NCBI GenBank assembly: GCA_965220745.1
Contig: CBDCQT010000007.1
Span: 96,001 to 160,000 of the forward strand
DNA length: 64,000 nt
Reading direction: 5' to 3'
Origin: Alphaproteobacteria bacterium
Lineage (GTDB): Bacteria; Pseudomonadota; Alphaproteobacteria; UBA828
Under the pieces are notes generated by a model. It did not search any database. It saw only the letters and a list, made by a program, of their open reading frames with translations, and was not told the DNA's origin. Numbering within the stretch: the stretch's first letter is position 1; every line of letters begins with the position of its first letter. A program made the position numbers and the translations under genes. Positions 1 to 13,251 of the stretch are shown here, piece by piece.

Positions 1-2
1 GG

Positions 3-2643
<2,641 letters not shown>

Positions 2644-2666
<23 letters not shown>

Positions 2667-3534
2667 CCCGCGCTTCGCCTGCGGTGAGCGGTTCTCCCGC
2701 CTCGGCAGCCGCCGCGATCCTCTCCAGGCGCAGCACCGCGAGCGCGGTATCGTCCAGGCCTGAGCGAATCTCGCCCACCTCCCGCTCGCCCGCCATGATC
2801 GGTGTGCCGCTGGGCGGCAGGGGCCCTTCCAGCGCAACCGGCGCGAGCTGCCGACGCACCAGGCCGCGATGCTTGGTGCGCGCCGTCAGCTCCTGGCCGA
2901 CGTAGCAGCCCTTCTCGAAGTCGACGCCGTTGAGCGCCTCGAAGCCGCATTCCATCAGCGTCGCCCGGCCGACTTCCATGTCGCGGCTGCCGTCGGGCGC
3001 GCCGTGGGCGATGCGGTGGCGCTCATAGTCGGCGACGTGGCCCTTGGCGAAGCCCGCCTGCTCCAGGAACGCGAGGTCCGCGCCGCGCGGCAGGACCGCG
3101 CGAAGCCCGAGCGCCGCGCTCCTGGGGTCGCGCATGACGGTGCCGCCCTCACAGGGCGCCGCGCCGCCTTCGCCGGACGGCAGGCCGAACGCATCGTCAG
3201 CATTCTCGCCCCCGAACAGCGCCACCACCCGAAAATCCTCCGTCGCGTCGGCCAGCGCCACATTGGCACGCAGCCTGTAGGCCACCAGCCGGCCCCCGAG
3301 ATCGCCCACGCGCGGCCCCTCGCAGTCCAGCAGATAGCCATCCCCCTGCCGCAGCACGAAGAAATCGTGCAGGAACTTGCCTTGGGGCGTCAGCAGCGCC
3401 GCGTAGATACTACGCGCCTCGGTCACACGCTCGATATCGTTGGAGATCAGCCCCTGGAGGAAGGGCTCGGCCTCGGGACCGTCCACGGAGACGATCCCGC
3501 GATTGTCGAGCGGAACGTAGAGAGCGGTGCTCAT
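2644..3534 (-). CDS. ygfZ: Folate-binding Fe-S repair protein YgfZ
   Basis: FLQGLISND, LLTPQGKFL and signature KGCYVGQE; start chosen at MSTALYVPL. Confidence 0.9.
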
Positions 3535-3659
3535 CGCCAAGAACTCAGAGTTTTCGCAGTCCGGAACAACCCGCATCTACTATAGACCCCGCAGCCATCG
3601 GTCCAAGCGCTGGGCGGGCTGGGGGTATGAATGGTTCTATCGGTGTGCGAGTTTGGGGG

Positions 3660-4610
3660 ATGACCGGCCTTACTCGCATCGGCTCCAACGTGCTCGCCGG
3701 CATGCCGCTCGACCGGGCCGCGCACCTGCGGACCGACGCGGCGTGGCTCAGGGCCCGCTTCGACGACCCGTCTACCCGCTACGTCGCGATCTGGCGGCAG
3801 AATGCCGTCGTTCGCCTGGGTCCCGAGCCTCGCCCCGTCATCCACTACCGCGAGACCCTCGACGGCCTGCTCGACGAGCACGCCGAGCCCACTCTGCTGG
3901 GCGTGGAGGTCGAGAACGGCGCCGCCGGCGCGGCGCATTTTGTGGTCGATCTCTCTCACGTGGAGGCCGGGGCGCTACTCGCGCGCTCGCCCGGCGGCGA
4001 GATGATGGACCTGCGCGAGCTGGTGCAGATCGTGCCGGGGCCCGATTCCGCGCTCATCGCCTATGCGCGGGGGCTCACCTACTGGCATCGCCGGCATCGC
4101 TTCTGCGGCGCCTGCGGGTCGCCGGCGGCGGCGCTCGAGGCCGGCCACCAACGGCGCTGCACCAACGAGGACTGCGGCGCGGTCCATTTTCCGCGCACCG
4201 ACACGGCGGTTATCACGCTGGTTCATGACGGCGACGAATGTCTGCTCTGCCGCCAGTCGCGTTGGCCGCCGGGGATGCACTCGACCCTCGCGGGCTTCCT
4301 GGAACCCGGCGAGAGTCTGGAGGAATGCGTGGCCCGCGAGATCGAGGAGGAAAGCGGCGTGCGCGTGGGCGATGTCCGCTACCACTCCTCACAGCCCTGG
4401 CCCTTCCCCGGCACGCTCATGGTGGGCTTCATGGCGCAGGCGCTCTCCCGCGAGATCGCGGTCGACGAGACCGAGCTGGAGTACGCCCATTGGTACAAGC
4501 GGCGCGACCTGCTCGGCCGCCGCGACAGCGACGAGTTTCGCCTGCCGGGCCGCTACTCGATCTCCCGCCGGCTGATCGAGGACTGGCTCGCCGGCCGCAT
4601 TCCGCCCTGA
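3660..4610 (+). CDS. nudC: NAD(+) diphosphatase (Nudix)
   Basis: Zn ribbon FCGACG..C..C, Nudix box GFLEPGESLEECVAREIEEESG, SQPWPFP motif. Confidence 0.93.
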   Translation: MTGLTRIGSNVLAGMPLDRAAHLRTDAAWLRARFDDPSTRYVAIWRQNAVVRLGPEPRPVIHYRETLDGLLDEHAEPTLLGVEVENGAAGAAHFVVDLSHVEAGALLARSPGGEMMDLRELVQIVPGPDSALIAYARGLTYWHRRHRFCGACGSPAAALEAGHQRRCTNEDCGAVHFPRTDTAVITLVHDGDECLLCRQSRWPPGMHSTLAGFLEPGESLEECVAREIEEESGVRVGDVRYHSSQPWPFPGTLMVGFMAQALSREIAVDETELEYAHWYKRRDLLGRRDSDEFRLPGRYSISRRLIEDWLAGRIPP

Positions 4611-4634
4611 GCCTGCTGCGTCGCGGCGGGCGCG

Positions 4635-4663
4635 TTGACAGGGACCGGGCACGCGCTTATACA
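4635..4663 (+). promoter_or_regulatory. sigma70 promoter of the rpmH-rnpA-yidD-yidC operon
   Basis: TTGACA-N17-TATACA ~50 nt upstream of rpmH. Confidence 0.75.
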
Positions 4664-4713
4664 GCGCCGGCCCCGGCGTTCGCGAGAGACCGTGTCGGGG
4701 GCGGAGACGAGGC

Positions 4714-4848
4714 GTGAAGCGGACCTATCAGCCGAGCAACATCGTGCGCAAGCGGCGCCACGGCTTCAGGCAGCGCATGAAGACCGTGGCCGGCCGGCGC
4801 GTGCTCGCGCGCAGGCGCGCCAAGGGGCGCAAGCGCCTGGCCGTCTGA
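4714..4848 (+). CDS. rpmH: 50S ribosomal protein L34 (absent from the ORF track)
   Basis: Read from DNA: GTG start, [44 protein letters not shown]; canonical position before rnpA. Confidence 0.97.
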   Translation: MKRTYQPSNIVRKRRHGFRQRMKTVAGRRVLARRRAKGRKRLAV

Positions 4849-4977
4849 GGTTGGCGAGGCTTGGCCTCGCCTGTCGCTATTTCCAGAATGCTCGATGCAC
4901 GCAGGAAAGTTGCGTCGCGCCGCGCGCAACCGCATATCACGACAACGAAGATAACCGCCCGACCGGAAGCAACGTCG

Positions 4978-5406
4978 ATGCGCATCGCCACGCTCAAGAA
5001 ACGGCGCGACTTCCTGCGCGTCCGGGCAGCGGCGCGGCGCTGGGCAGCGCCCGGCCTGGTGCTGCAGGCGGCACCCATGCCCGAGGCGGACACCGAGCAG
5101 GGGCTGGTGCGCGTGGGCTACACCGCGAGCCGGCGGATCGGCAACGCAGTCGCGCGCAACCGCGCCAAGCGCCGATTGCGTGCGGCGGTGGCCCATGTTA
5201 TGCCGGCCTCGGCGCAAAGCGGCTGCGACTACGTCGTCATCGCGCGTGCTGCCACGCTGACCCGCCCGTTCGACGCTTTGGTTGATGATCTGGCCGCGGC
5301 GTTGGCGCGTGTCGGCGCGCGGCCGGGCGATCGAGCACCTGACCGGAGACGGCGAGCCGCCGCCGGCCGGTCGCGCGAAGCGGGCCCGAGAGCGGGAGAC
5401 GCATGA
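4978..5406 (+). CDS. rnpA: Ribonuclease P protein component
   Basis: [32 protein letters not shown] (RNR motif); synteny. Confidence 0.93.
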   Translation: MRIATLKKRRDFLRVRAAARRWAAPGLVLQAAPMPEADTEQGLVRVGYTASRRIGNAVARNRAKRRLRAAVAHVMPASAQSGCDYVVIARAATLTRPFDALVDDLAAALARVGARPGDRAPDRRRRAAAGRSREAGPRAGDA

Positions 5407-5669
5407 AACCGATCGTTTTACTGATCGTGGGCCTGATCCGCGGATACCAGTATTTCATCTCGCCCCTCCTGCCGCCGAGCTGCCGCTTCGAGCCGACCTG
5501 CTCGCACTATGCGATGACCGCGCTGAGGCGCCACGGCGTTGTCGTCGGCTTGGCGCTCGCGACCTGGCGGATCCTGCGGTGCAATCCCTATTGTCCCGGC
5601 GGGGTCGATGAGGTGCCGGAACGCCCGCTCCGTATCTGGGGCACTCCCTGGAGGCGCGCCCCCCGCTGA
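5403..5669 (+). CDS. yidD: Membrane protein insertion efficiency factor
   Basis: [24 protein letters not shown]; between rnpA and yidC. Confidence 0.95.
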   Translation: MKPIVLLIVGLIRGYQYFISPLLPPSCRFEPTCSHYAMTALRRHGVVVGLALATWRILRCNPYCPGGVDEVPERPLRIWGTPWRRAPR

Positions 5670-5689
5670 GCGGGGCGGGCGAGCGATCC

Positions 5690-8482
5690 ATGTTCGGCAG
5701 CGGCCAAGACAAGCGCAATCTCATCATCGCGATCGGCGCGATCTTCGTGGTCCTCGTCGGCTGGCAATTCCTCATGCCGGCGCTGTTCCCGCCGGACGAG
5801 AGGCCGCGGCGCGTCGCGGAGCAGCCCACGCCGGGGACGGCGCCGCCGTCGCTGGATCAGGTGGTGCCCGACGTGGACGACCCGACTCAGGTGGAGTTGC
5901 GCCAGGCGGGCATCGACAGCCCCCGCATCACAATCGAGTCACCCAGGCTGAGCGGCTCGATTGCGCGCCTCGGCGGGCGCATCGATTCCATCACGCTGCT
6001 CGACTATCGCGAGGAGGCAGACGAGGAGAGCCCGAACATCGTGCTGCTCCAGCCTCGCGACGCAGTGCGTCCCTATTTTGCGGACTTCGGCTGGATCACG
6101 GCCAACGAGGGCATCGCCCTGCCGCAGCCCGACACCCTCTGGGATGCCGACAAGCTCACGCTCGCGCCCGGCCGGCCGGTCACGCTCCGCTGGGACAACG
6201 GCGCCGGGCTCAAGTTCACACGCAAGATCGACATCGACGAGAATTTCGTCTTCACCGTCACCCAATCGGTGCTCAACACCACCGGCGCGCCGCTCGCGCT
6301 CACGCCTTACTCGCGGATCGCGCGGTTCAGCGACGCCACCGAGTCAATCCTGCCGTTCAAGCCGCTCTTCATCTTCCAGGACGGCGCGCTCGGCGTCTTC
6401 GGCGAGGACTATCAAGACGCCGACTACGACGACATGCGCGACGCCTACGACGCCAAGGTGGAGAACCCCCGCGCCGGGGCCGAGTACCGCTACGGCGCGA
6501 CGGGCGGCTGGATGGGAATAACCGACAAGTACTGGCTGGTGGCGCTCATCCCCGATCAGCAGGTGCCGTTCCACGGCAGCTTCGAGTACGTGCCGGTCGA
6601 CGGCGGCACGGAAGATTCCTTCCAGACCATCTACGAGGCCGAGCCGCTCACGGTGAGTCCGGGGCAGGCGATCTCGCTCACCTCGCACCTCTTCACCGGC
6701 GCCAAGGAGATCAGCCTCCTCGATAACTATGAGGAGACGCTGGGAGCGGATCGGCTGGATCTCTCCGTCGATTTCGGCCCGGCGTGGTTCCTGTCGAAGC
6801 CGATGTTCTACGTCATCGACTTCTTCAACCGGGTGACCGGCAATTTCGGCGTCGCCATCCTGCTGCTAACCATCTGCGTGCGGGTGCTGCTGTTCCCGCT
6901 GGCCAACAAGGCCTACGCGTCCATGAGCCGGATGCGCAAGCTCCAGCCGGAGATGATCCGCCTGCGCGAGCGCTTCAAGGACGACAAGCAGCGGATGAAC
7001 AGCGAGCTGATGAAGCTTTACCGAGAGCAGAAGGCCAACCCGGTGGCCGGTTGCCTGCCGCTGCTCGCTCAGATTCCGGTGTTCTTCGCCCTCTACTACA
7101 TGCTGTTCGTCACCATCGAGATGCGGCACGCGCCCTTCTTCGGCTGGATCCACGACCTCTCCGCGCCCGACCCGATGACCTTCATCACCGGCTTCGGTTT
7201 GCTCGATTGGCCGGTGCCGGAGTTCCTGTTGGTGGGCATCTGGCCGCTCATCTTCGGTGCGACCATGTGGCTCCAGATGAAGCTCAACCCACAGCCGATG
7301 GAGCCGATTCAGCAGAAGATCATGATGGCGCTGCCCATCATCTTCCTCTTCCTGTTCGCGCGCTTCCCGGCCGGGCTGGTGGTCTACTGGACTTGGAACA
7401 ACGTGCTCTCCATCGGCCAGCAATGGCTGATCATGCGGCGCATGGGCATCACCCGCCAGAGCCTCGCCGAGGACGCCGAGAAGATCAAAAAGATCAAGGA
7501 GGCGGCGGAGAAGGGCACGCTCTTGAAGCCCAGCCGCTCTTCCCGCAAGAAGACCAAGCGCCCCGATCCGGCCAAGGAAAGCGCGCGTGCCGCGGGCGAG
7601 GACACGGCACGTCGCGAAGGGACGACGCAACGGGACACCGCCGCACGAGCCCGCAAGTCCCAGCCCCGGACAAGCAAAGCGCGGCGTGACAGCGCTCCGC
7701 GCCAGGATAGAGAGCCACGCCGCGAGGGAGCCGCGCGCAAGGCTGGCGAAACGCGAAGCGACCGACCCGCGCGCCAGGGCGAGGCACCCCGCCGCAAGTC
7801 CGGCTCAACGCAGGCATCGGGTGGCAGTGCGAAGGCGGAGGGTTCGACACGGACCCGGCGTTCAGATTCGGGCGGTGGTCAAAAGACGCGTGCCAAGAGC
7901 GCCGCCCGACCACGCGCCGAGCGCAAGGGTGAGGCAAAGGGCGAGGAGAAGGGCGAGAGCCGGAGCACCATGTCGCCGGCCAAGCGCGCCGCCCTCGAGC
8001 GGGCACGCATCGCGCGGAAGAAGGCCCTGGCCCGCAAGCAGAGGCAAAAGGCCGCGCGCCAGCGCAAGTCCGCGCCGGCCGCCGACCAGCCCGCGGGCCT
8101 GATGGATCGCCTGAAGGCGGGTCTCGGGATTCCCCCGGCCGAGGGGGCGTCCAGGCCCACGCCCGCGGCCGCGACCAAGGCAAAGCCCCAGAAATCGCGC
8201 AGGCAGCGCAGGGCGGAGCGCGCCGCCGCCCGCGCCAGCGAGGAGAGAGACGCTCCCGACGACGCGAACGGCGATGAGGCGTCTACTGACGCAGCCCCTG
8301 CCGATGAGGCGCCGGCCAGTGAGGCCCCGGCTGAGGCGATGAGCGGGGATGCGGCCGGGGACAGCGACGCGCCCACGCAGGAGTCTGCTCCTGGCGCATC
8401 CGCTGACGGCGGCGAATGGACCAGCCAGGACCGGCCAAGGCCGAGGCGGCAGAGAACGCGGAAGCGCGCGCGGCGGCGCTAG
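5690..8482 (+). CDS. yidC: Membrane protein insertase YidC with a very long C-terminal extension
   Basis: N-terminal TM, periplasmic domain (GWMGITDKYW), GNFGVAI, GCLPLLAQIPVF, WIHDLSAPDP, YWTWNN; ~340 extra low-complexity residues after the core. Confidence 0.95.
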   Translation: MFGSGQDKRNLIIAIGAIFVVLVGWQFLMPALFPPDERPRRVAEQPTPGTAPPSLDQVVPDVDDPTQVELRQAGIDSPRITIESPRLSGSIARLGGRIDSITLLDYREEADEESPNIVLLQPRDAVRPYFADFGWITANEGIALPQPDTLWDADKLTLAPGRPVTLRWDNGAGLKFTRKIDIDENFVFTVTQSVLNTTGAPLALTPYSRIARFSDATESILPFKPLFIFQDGALGVFGEDYQDADYDDMRDAYDAKVENPRAGAEYRYGATGGWMGITDKYWLVALIPDQQVPFHGSFEYVPVDGGTEDSFQTIYEAEPLTVSPGQAISLTSHLFTGAKEISLLDNYEETLGADRLDLSVDFGPAWFLSKPMFYVIDFFNRVTGNFGVAILLLTICVRVLLFPLANKAYASMSRMRKLQPEMIRLRERFKDDKQRMNSELMKLYREQKANPVAGCLPLLAQIPVFFALYYMLFVTIEMRHAPFFGWIHDLSAPDPMTFITGFGLLDWPVPEFLLVGIWPLIFGATMWLQMKLNPQPMEPIQQKIMMALPIIFLFLFARFPAGLVVYWTWNNVLSIGQQWLIMRRMGITRQSLAEDAEKIKKIKEAAEKGTLLKPSRSSRKKTKRPDPAKESARAAGEDTARREGTTQRDTAARARKSQPRTSKARRDSAPRQDREPRREGAARKAGETRSDRPARQGEAPRRKSGSTQASGGSAKAEGSTRTRRSDSGGGQKTRAKSAARPRAERKGEAKGEEKGESRSTMSPAKRAALERARIARKKALARKQRQKAARQRKSAPAADQPAGLMDRLKAGLGIPPAEGASRPTPAAATKAKPQKSRRQRRAERAAARASEERDAPDDANGDEASTDAAPADEAPASEAPAEAMSGDAAGDSDAPTQESAPGASADGGEWTSQDRPRPRRQRTRKRARRR

Positions 8483-9090
8483 AAGCTGGTAGGCGGCTGT
8501 TCGCGCGGCCCTGCCGCTTCGTCGCGGGCGTCGCCGGGCTCGACGGCATGCCGGCGCCAGCGCTCCCCGAGATCGCCTTCGCGGGCCGTTCCAATGTCGG
8601 CAAGTCGAGCCTCGTCAACGCGCTGACCGGGCGTCGTGCGCTGGCGCGCACCTCCAACACGCCAGGGCGCACGCGGGAGCTGAACTTCTTCGACCTCGAC
8701 GGCCGGCTCATGCTCGTGGACCTGCCGGGCTACGGCTACGCCGCCGCCTCCAAGACCAAGATCAAGGCCTGGACCCGGCTGGCTGAGTCCTACCTACGCG
8801 GCCGGCCGACGCTCCGGAGGGTCTGCCTGCTGCTCGACGCGCGGCGCGGCATCACCGCAGCCGATGAGCCGGTCATGGCTGCGTTCGACCAGAGCGCCGT
8901 CTCCTTCCTCGCGGTACTGACAAAGTGCGACAAGCTCGCGCCCGAGGCGCTGACCACACAGACCGCTGCCATCGAGGCGGCGCTTGCCGCCCATGTCGCC
9001 GCCTATCCCTCGCTGATCGCCACCAGCGCGCGCACCGGCGACGGCATCGCAGCGCTCAGGAGCCACCTCGCGGCGCTGGCCACGGCGTAA
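8416..9090 (+). CDS. engB: Ribosome biogenesis GTPase YihA/EngB
   Basis: EIAFAGRSNVGKSSL, DLPGYG, TKCDK; start uncertain (overlaps the yidC tail). Confidence 0.93.
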   Translation: MDQPGPAKAEAAENAEARAAALEAGRRLFARPCRFVAGVAGLDGMPAPALPEIAFAGRSNVGKSSLVNALTGRRALARTSNTPGRTRELNFFDLDGRLMLVDLPGYGYAAASKTKIKAWTRLAESYLRGRPTLRRVCLLLDARRGITAADEPVMAAFDQSAVSFLAVLTKCDKLAPEALTTQTAAIEAALAAHVAAYPSLIATSARTGDGIAALRSHLAALATA

Positions 9091-9163
9091 AGAATAGTTT
9101 AGTGATCCGCGGCCGCCGGGCGCCAGCGTACCGCGCCGGCGCCTGCGACCGATCAGGCATCCC

Positions 9164-10066
9164 ATGCAGCGCATCAGCGACACGAAGCATTGGCTGCGTA
9201 CCGCGGCCACGATCTCCGAGGCGCTGCCCTACATGCGGCGTTTCGCAGGCCGCAGTGTGGTCATCAAGTATGGCGGCCACGCCATGGGCGATGCTGCGCT
9301 CGCCCAGAGCTTCGCGCGCGACGTGGTACTGCTGAAGCAGGTCGGAATCAACCCGGTGGTGGTCCACGGCGGCGGTCCCCAAATCGCCAAGATGCTTGCT
9401 CGCCTCGGCATCGAAAGCGACTTCGTCGACGGGTTGCGCGTCACCGATGCGGCGGCGATCGAGGTCGTCGAGATGGTGCTCGCCGGCTCCATCAACAAGC
9501 AGATCGTCACCACGATCAACGCGGAGGGCGGCACCGCGATCGGCCTCAGCGGCAAGGACGGCCGGCTCATCGAAGCGACGCCGCTCAAGCGGCGCACAAG
9601 GGATGTCGAGACCGGCGCCGAGCGCGTGGTGGACCTCGGCTTCGTCGGCGAGCCGGAGCGCGTCAATATCGGGCTGCTCGACCACCTGGGCGAGTCCGAC
9701 ATCATCCCGGTCATTGCGCCGATCGGCGTGGGCGCCGACGGTGAGACCTACAACATCAATGCTGATACCGCGGCCGGCGCCATTGCCTCCGCGCTCTCCG
9801 CCATCAAGCTGTTGCTGCTCACCGACGTTCCCGGTGTGCTCGACGGCGACGGCGCGCTCATCAGCCAGATGACCACCGGCGAGGCGCAGAAGATGCTCAC
9901 CGGTGGCGCGGTCAGCGGCGGCATGATTCCCAAGCTCGAAACCTGCCTCACGGCGATCGAGCGCTCGACCGGCGCCGCCCACATTCTGGACGGCCGCGTA
10001 CCGCACGTGATCCTGTTGGAGCTTTTCACCGAGCACGGCACCGGCACCATGATCGTGCCCGAGTAA
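9164..10066 (+). CDS. argB: Acetylglutamate kinase
   Basis: [29 protein letters not shown]. Confidence 0.96.
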   Translation: MQRISDTKHWLRTAATISEALPYMRRFAGRSVVIKYGGHAMGDAALAQSFARDVVLLKQVGINPVVVHGGGPQIAKMLARLGIESDFVDGLRVTDAAAIEVVEMVLAGSINKQIVTTINAEGGTAIGLSGKDGRLIEATPLKRRTRDVETGAERVVDLGFVGEPERVNIGLLDHLGESDIIPVIAPIGVGADGETYNINADTAAGAIASALSAIKLLLLTDVPGVLDGDGALISQMTTGEAQKMLTGGAVSGGMIPKLETCLTAIERSTGAAHILDGRVPHVILLELFTEHGTGTMIVPE

Positions 10067-10068
10067 AA

Positions 10069-10091
10069 CGCGCCCGTCTCTGACGGACGCG
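10069..10091. terminator. Hairpin between convergent argB and fumC
   Basis: CGCGCCCGTC-TCT-GACGGACGCG imperfect inverted repeat filling the short intergenic gap. Confidence 0.45.
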
Positions 10092-10093
10092 CT

Positions 10094-11500
10094 CTATGGC
10101 GTCGGGCCGGTCATCTTGGTGGGGTCGACCCAGCGCTCGAAGTCGGCGCCGCTCACCACGCCGAGGGCGAGCGCGGCCTCCTTCAGCGTCGTGCCCTCGG
10201 CATGGGCCTTCTTCGCCACCTTGGCGGCGTTGTCGTAGCCGATGTGGGGGTTGAGCGCGGTCACCAGCATCAGCGATTCGTGCAGCAGCTGGTCGATGCG
10301 CGCGCGGTTGGGCTCGATGCCCGCCACGCAATTGTCGGTGAAGCTGCGGGCGCCGTCGCCGATCAGGCGGATCGACTGCAGCAGGTTGTAGATCATCACC
10401 GGCTTGAACACGTTGAGCTCGAAGTGCCCGTTGGCGCCGCCCACCGATATGGCGACGTGGTTGCCCATGACCTGGGCCGCGACCATGGTGAGCGCCTCCG
10501 CCTGGGTCGGGTTGACCTTGCCCGGCATGATCGAGGAGCCGGGCTCGTTGGCGGGCAGCTCCAGCTCGCCCAGGCCGCAGCGGGGGCCCGACGCCAGCAG
10601 GCGGATGTCGTTCGCGATCTTCATCAGGCTGGCGGCGACGGTGTTGAGCGCGCCCGACATTTCGACCACCGCGTCGTTGGCGGCGATGGCCTCGAACTTG
10701 TTCTCGGCGGTGCGGAACGGGAGCCCGGTGAGCGCCGCGACCTCGGCCGCGAAGCGCGCGTCGAAGCCCGCCTTGGTGTTGAGCCCGGTACCGACGGCAG
10801 TGCCGCCCTGGGCCAGCGCGCAGAGCCTGGGCAGCGCCGCGCGCACGCGCTCGATGCCGTAGTCCACCTGCGTCGCATAGCCGGAGAACTCCTGGCCGAG
10901 GGTGAGCGGCGTCGCGTCCTGCAGGTGGGTCCGGCCGATCTTGACGATCTCGGCGAAGGCCTCCGACTTCGCCGCCAGCGCGCTCTGCAGATGCTTCAGC
11001 GCCGGCAGCAGCAGGTGATGGCACTGCTCCACGGCTGCGATATGCATCGCGGTCGGGAAGGTGTCGTTGGAGGACTGGCTCCGGTTGACGTGGTCGTTGG
11101 GATGGACCGGCGTCTTCTGGCCCATGGGCTGACCGAGCATCTCGCAGGCCCGGTTGGCGATCACCTCGTTGGCGTTCATGTTGCTCTGGGTGCCCGAGCC
11201 GGTCTGCCAGACCACCAGGGGGAAGTGATCGTCGAGCGAGCCTGCGATCACCTCGCCGGCGGCCTCGTCGATCGCAGCACCGAGGTCGGCATCGATCAGG
11301 CCGGCCTCGACGTTCACCCGCGCCGCCGCCTGCTTGACGATGCCGAGCGCGCGGATCAGCGGCGCCGGCATGCGCTCGCCGCCGATCCTGAAGTTCTGCA
11401 GGCTGCGCTGGGTCTGAGCGCCCCAGTAGGCGTCGGCCGGCACGTCGATCGCGCCGATCGAGTCCGTCTCGCGCCGGGTTTCCGCCGATGTGTCGGTCAT
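10094..11500 (-). CDS. fumC: Class II fumarate hydratase
   Basis: [30 protein letters not shown] signature. Confidence 0.97.
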   Translation of the reverse strand: MTDTSAETRRETDSIGAIDVPADAYWGAQTQRSLQNFRIGGERMPAPLIRALGIVKQAAARVNVEAGLIDADLGAAIDEAAGEVIAGSLDDHFPLVVWQTGSGTQSNMNANEVIANRACEMLGQPMGQKTPVHPNDHVNRSQSSNDTFPTAMHIAAVEQCHHLLLPALKHLQSALAAKSEAFAEIVKIGRTHLQDATPLTLGQEFSGYATQVDYGIERVRAALPRLCALAQGGTAVGTGLNTKAGFDARFAAEVAALTGLPFRTAENKFEAIAANDAVVEMSGALNTVAASLMKIANDIRLLASGPRCGLGELELPANEPGSSIMPGKVNPTQAEALTMVAAQVMGNHVAISVGGANGHFELNVFKPVMIYNLLQSIRLIGDGARSFTDNCVAGIEPNRARIDQLLHESLMLVTALNPHIGYDNAAKVAKKAHAEGTTLKEAALALGVVSGADFERWVDPTKMTGPTP

Positions 11501-11570
11501 GGCCGTGCCCTCTCCGGTTGCGGGCCTCCTTTACCACGCCGGCGGCCTGCGGCACCCGCCTTCGTATCGC

Positions 11571-13043
11571 TCAGGCGGCAAACTCCTCGGCGGATAGCGC
11601 GCCGGCGGTCTCCACGATCCGCGCCCAGGCCTTCTCGACATGGGTGCGGCGGGTCGCGGTCCCGCCCACCGCAAGGCGCAGCACGAGCCGGTCGTCGAGC
11701 CGGGTGTGGGTAAGGTAGAGCGCGCCGGATTCGTTGAGCCGGTTCATCAGGGCCTCGTTGAGGGCATCGCCCGCGCGGTGGCGGAAGCAGACCAGCCCGG
11801 CCGAGACCGGCGCGGCCAACTCGAACTCTTGGCTCAACTCCACCTGCGCGGCGAACCAGTCGGCCAGCGCGACGCAGTTCCGCACGTGGGCGCGCAGGCC
11901 CTCAGCGCCGTAGTGGCGGATCACGAACCAGAGCTTGAGCGCGCGGAAGCGCCGGCCGAGCGGTATCTGCCAGTCGCGGTAGTCGATCACCGCGCCCGAT
12001 TCCGTCGCGCGGTTGCGCAGGTATTCGGGCAGCACGCTCAGCGCCTCGATCAGCGCGGCCCGGTCCGCCACCCAGAAGCAGCTGCAATCGAAGTTGGTAA
12101 GCAGCCACTTGTGCGGGTTGAAGGTGTAGCTGTCGGCGTGCTCCAGCCCGTCGATCAGGCCCCGGTGCTCTGGGCAGATGGTGGCGCTGCCGGCGTGCGC
12201 GGCATCGACGTGGAGCCAGATGCCCTCGCGCCGGCAGAGCGCGCCGATGGTGCGGAGCGGGTCAACGGCGCCGGAGGAGGTCGTGCCCACGGTCGCGCAC
12301 ACCATCGCGGGCACGGCGCCCGCCGCGCGATCCGCGGCGATTGCGGCCTCCAGCGCGTCCACGCGCATGCCGTGGCGTTCGTCGGCATCGACGAGCCGCA
12401 GGTTGTCACGCCCCAGGCCCGCGATCTTCACTCCCTTCTCGATCGAGGAATGCGCGTGCCGGGAGGTGTAGACCGTGAGCCGCGGCCCCGCCGCGCCATC
12501 CGGTCCGCGGCCCGCGCCATGCTCGTTGACCGCACCGGCGCTCGCGCGCTCCCGCGCGGCGATGAGCGCGGTGAGCGTGCTGCTCGACGCGCTGTCCTGG
12601 ATCACGCCGCCGCCGGCCGCGCTCGACTTGAATCCCTCGGGCAAACCGAGCAGGTCGACCAGCCAATCGAGCACGTGGGTCTCGAGCTCGGTGCACGCCG
12701 GGCTCGTCGCCCAGAGCATGCCCTGCACCCCCAGCCCGGCCGCGAGAAGGTCGCCCAGGATCGAAGGGCCCGAGGCGTTGGCCGGGAAGTAGGCGTAGAA
12801 GTTGGGCGACTGCCAGTGGGTGAGGCCGGGAAGGATAATCTCGTCGATATCACGCAGCAGGTCGGCGAAGGGCTCGCCCTGCTCGGGCGCAGCGTGCGGC
12901 AGGCGCGCACGGACCGATCCCGGCTCCGCTTGCGAGAGCACGGGATACTGCTCCACTTCCTCCATGTAGCGGGCGATGCGCTCGATGAGCGCGGCGCCGC
13001 ATCGGCGGAACTCGTCAGGCGTCATGTGCCGGGATTCATCCAT
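11571..13043 (-). CDS. Group II PLP-dependent decarboxylase (aromatic-L-amino-acid decarboxylase-like)
   Basis: THWQSPNFYAYFP, SPACTELE, HVDAAHAG, FNPHKWL (PLP Lys), LGRRFRALKLW; start at MDESRHMTP. Confidence 0.88.
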   Translation of the reverse strand: MDESRHMTPDEFRRCGAALIERIARYMEEVEQYPVLSQAEPGSVRARLPHAAPEQGEPFADLLRDIDEIILPGLTHWQSPNFYAYFPANASGPSILGDLLAAGLGVQGMLWATSPACTELETHVLDWLVDLLGLPEGFKSSAAGGGVIQDSASSSTLTALIAARERASAGAVNEHGAGRGPDGAAGPRLTVYTSRHAHSSIEKGVKIAGLGRDNLRLVDADERHGMRVDALEAAIAADRAAGAVPAMVCATVGTTSSGAVDPLRTIGALCRREGIWLHVDAAHAGSATICPEHRGLIDGLEHADSYTFNPHKWLLTNFDCSCFWVADRAALIEALSVLPEYLRNRATESGAVIDYRDWQIPLGRRFRALKLWFVIRHYGAEGLRAHVRNCVALADWFAAQVELSQEFELAAPVSAGLVCFRHRAGDALNEALMNRLNESGALYLTHTRLDDRLVLRLAVGGTATRRTHVEKAWARIVETAGALSAEEFAA

Positions 13044-13251
13044 CGGGAAGCCCTTCGCGTTGAGCGTCGCGGGCACGAGGCCGCTGCGGGATAACGATGA
13101 CGTAGTGGCGCGGGGCTCGCAGTGCAATCGGCCATCGGCCGGGGTCACGCCCACGTGAACCCCGTCGACACCCGGTGTGCCGAAGAGTTTGGCGCGTGCC
13201 CGCCGCCGCCCTATCCTCGCGCCGTCATCCCCGCGAGCCCAGGAGCCTGCC

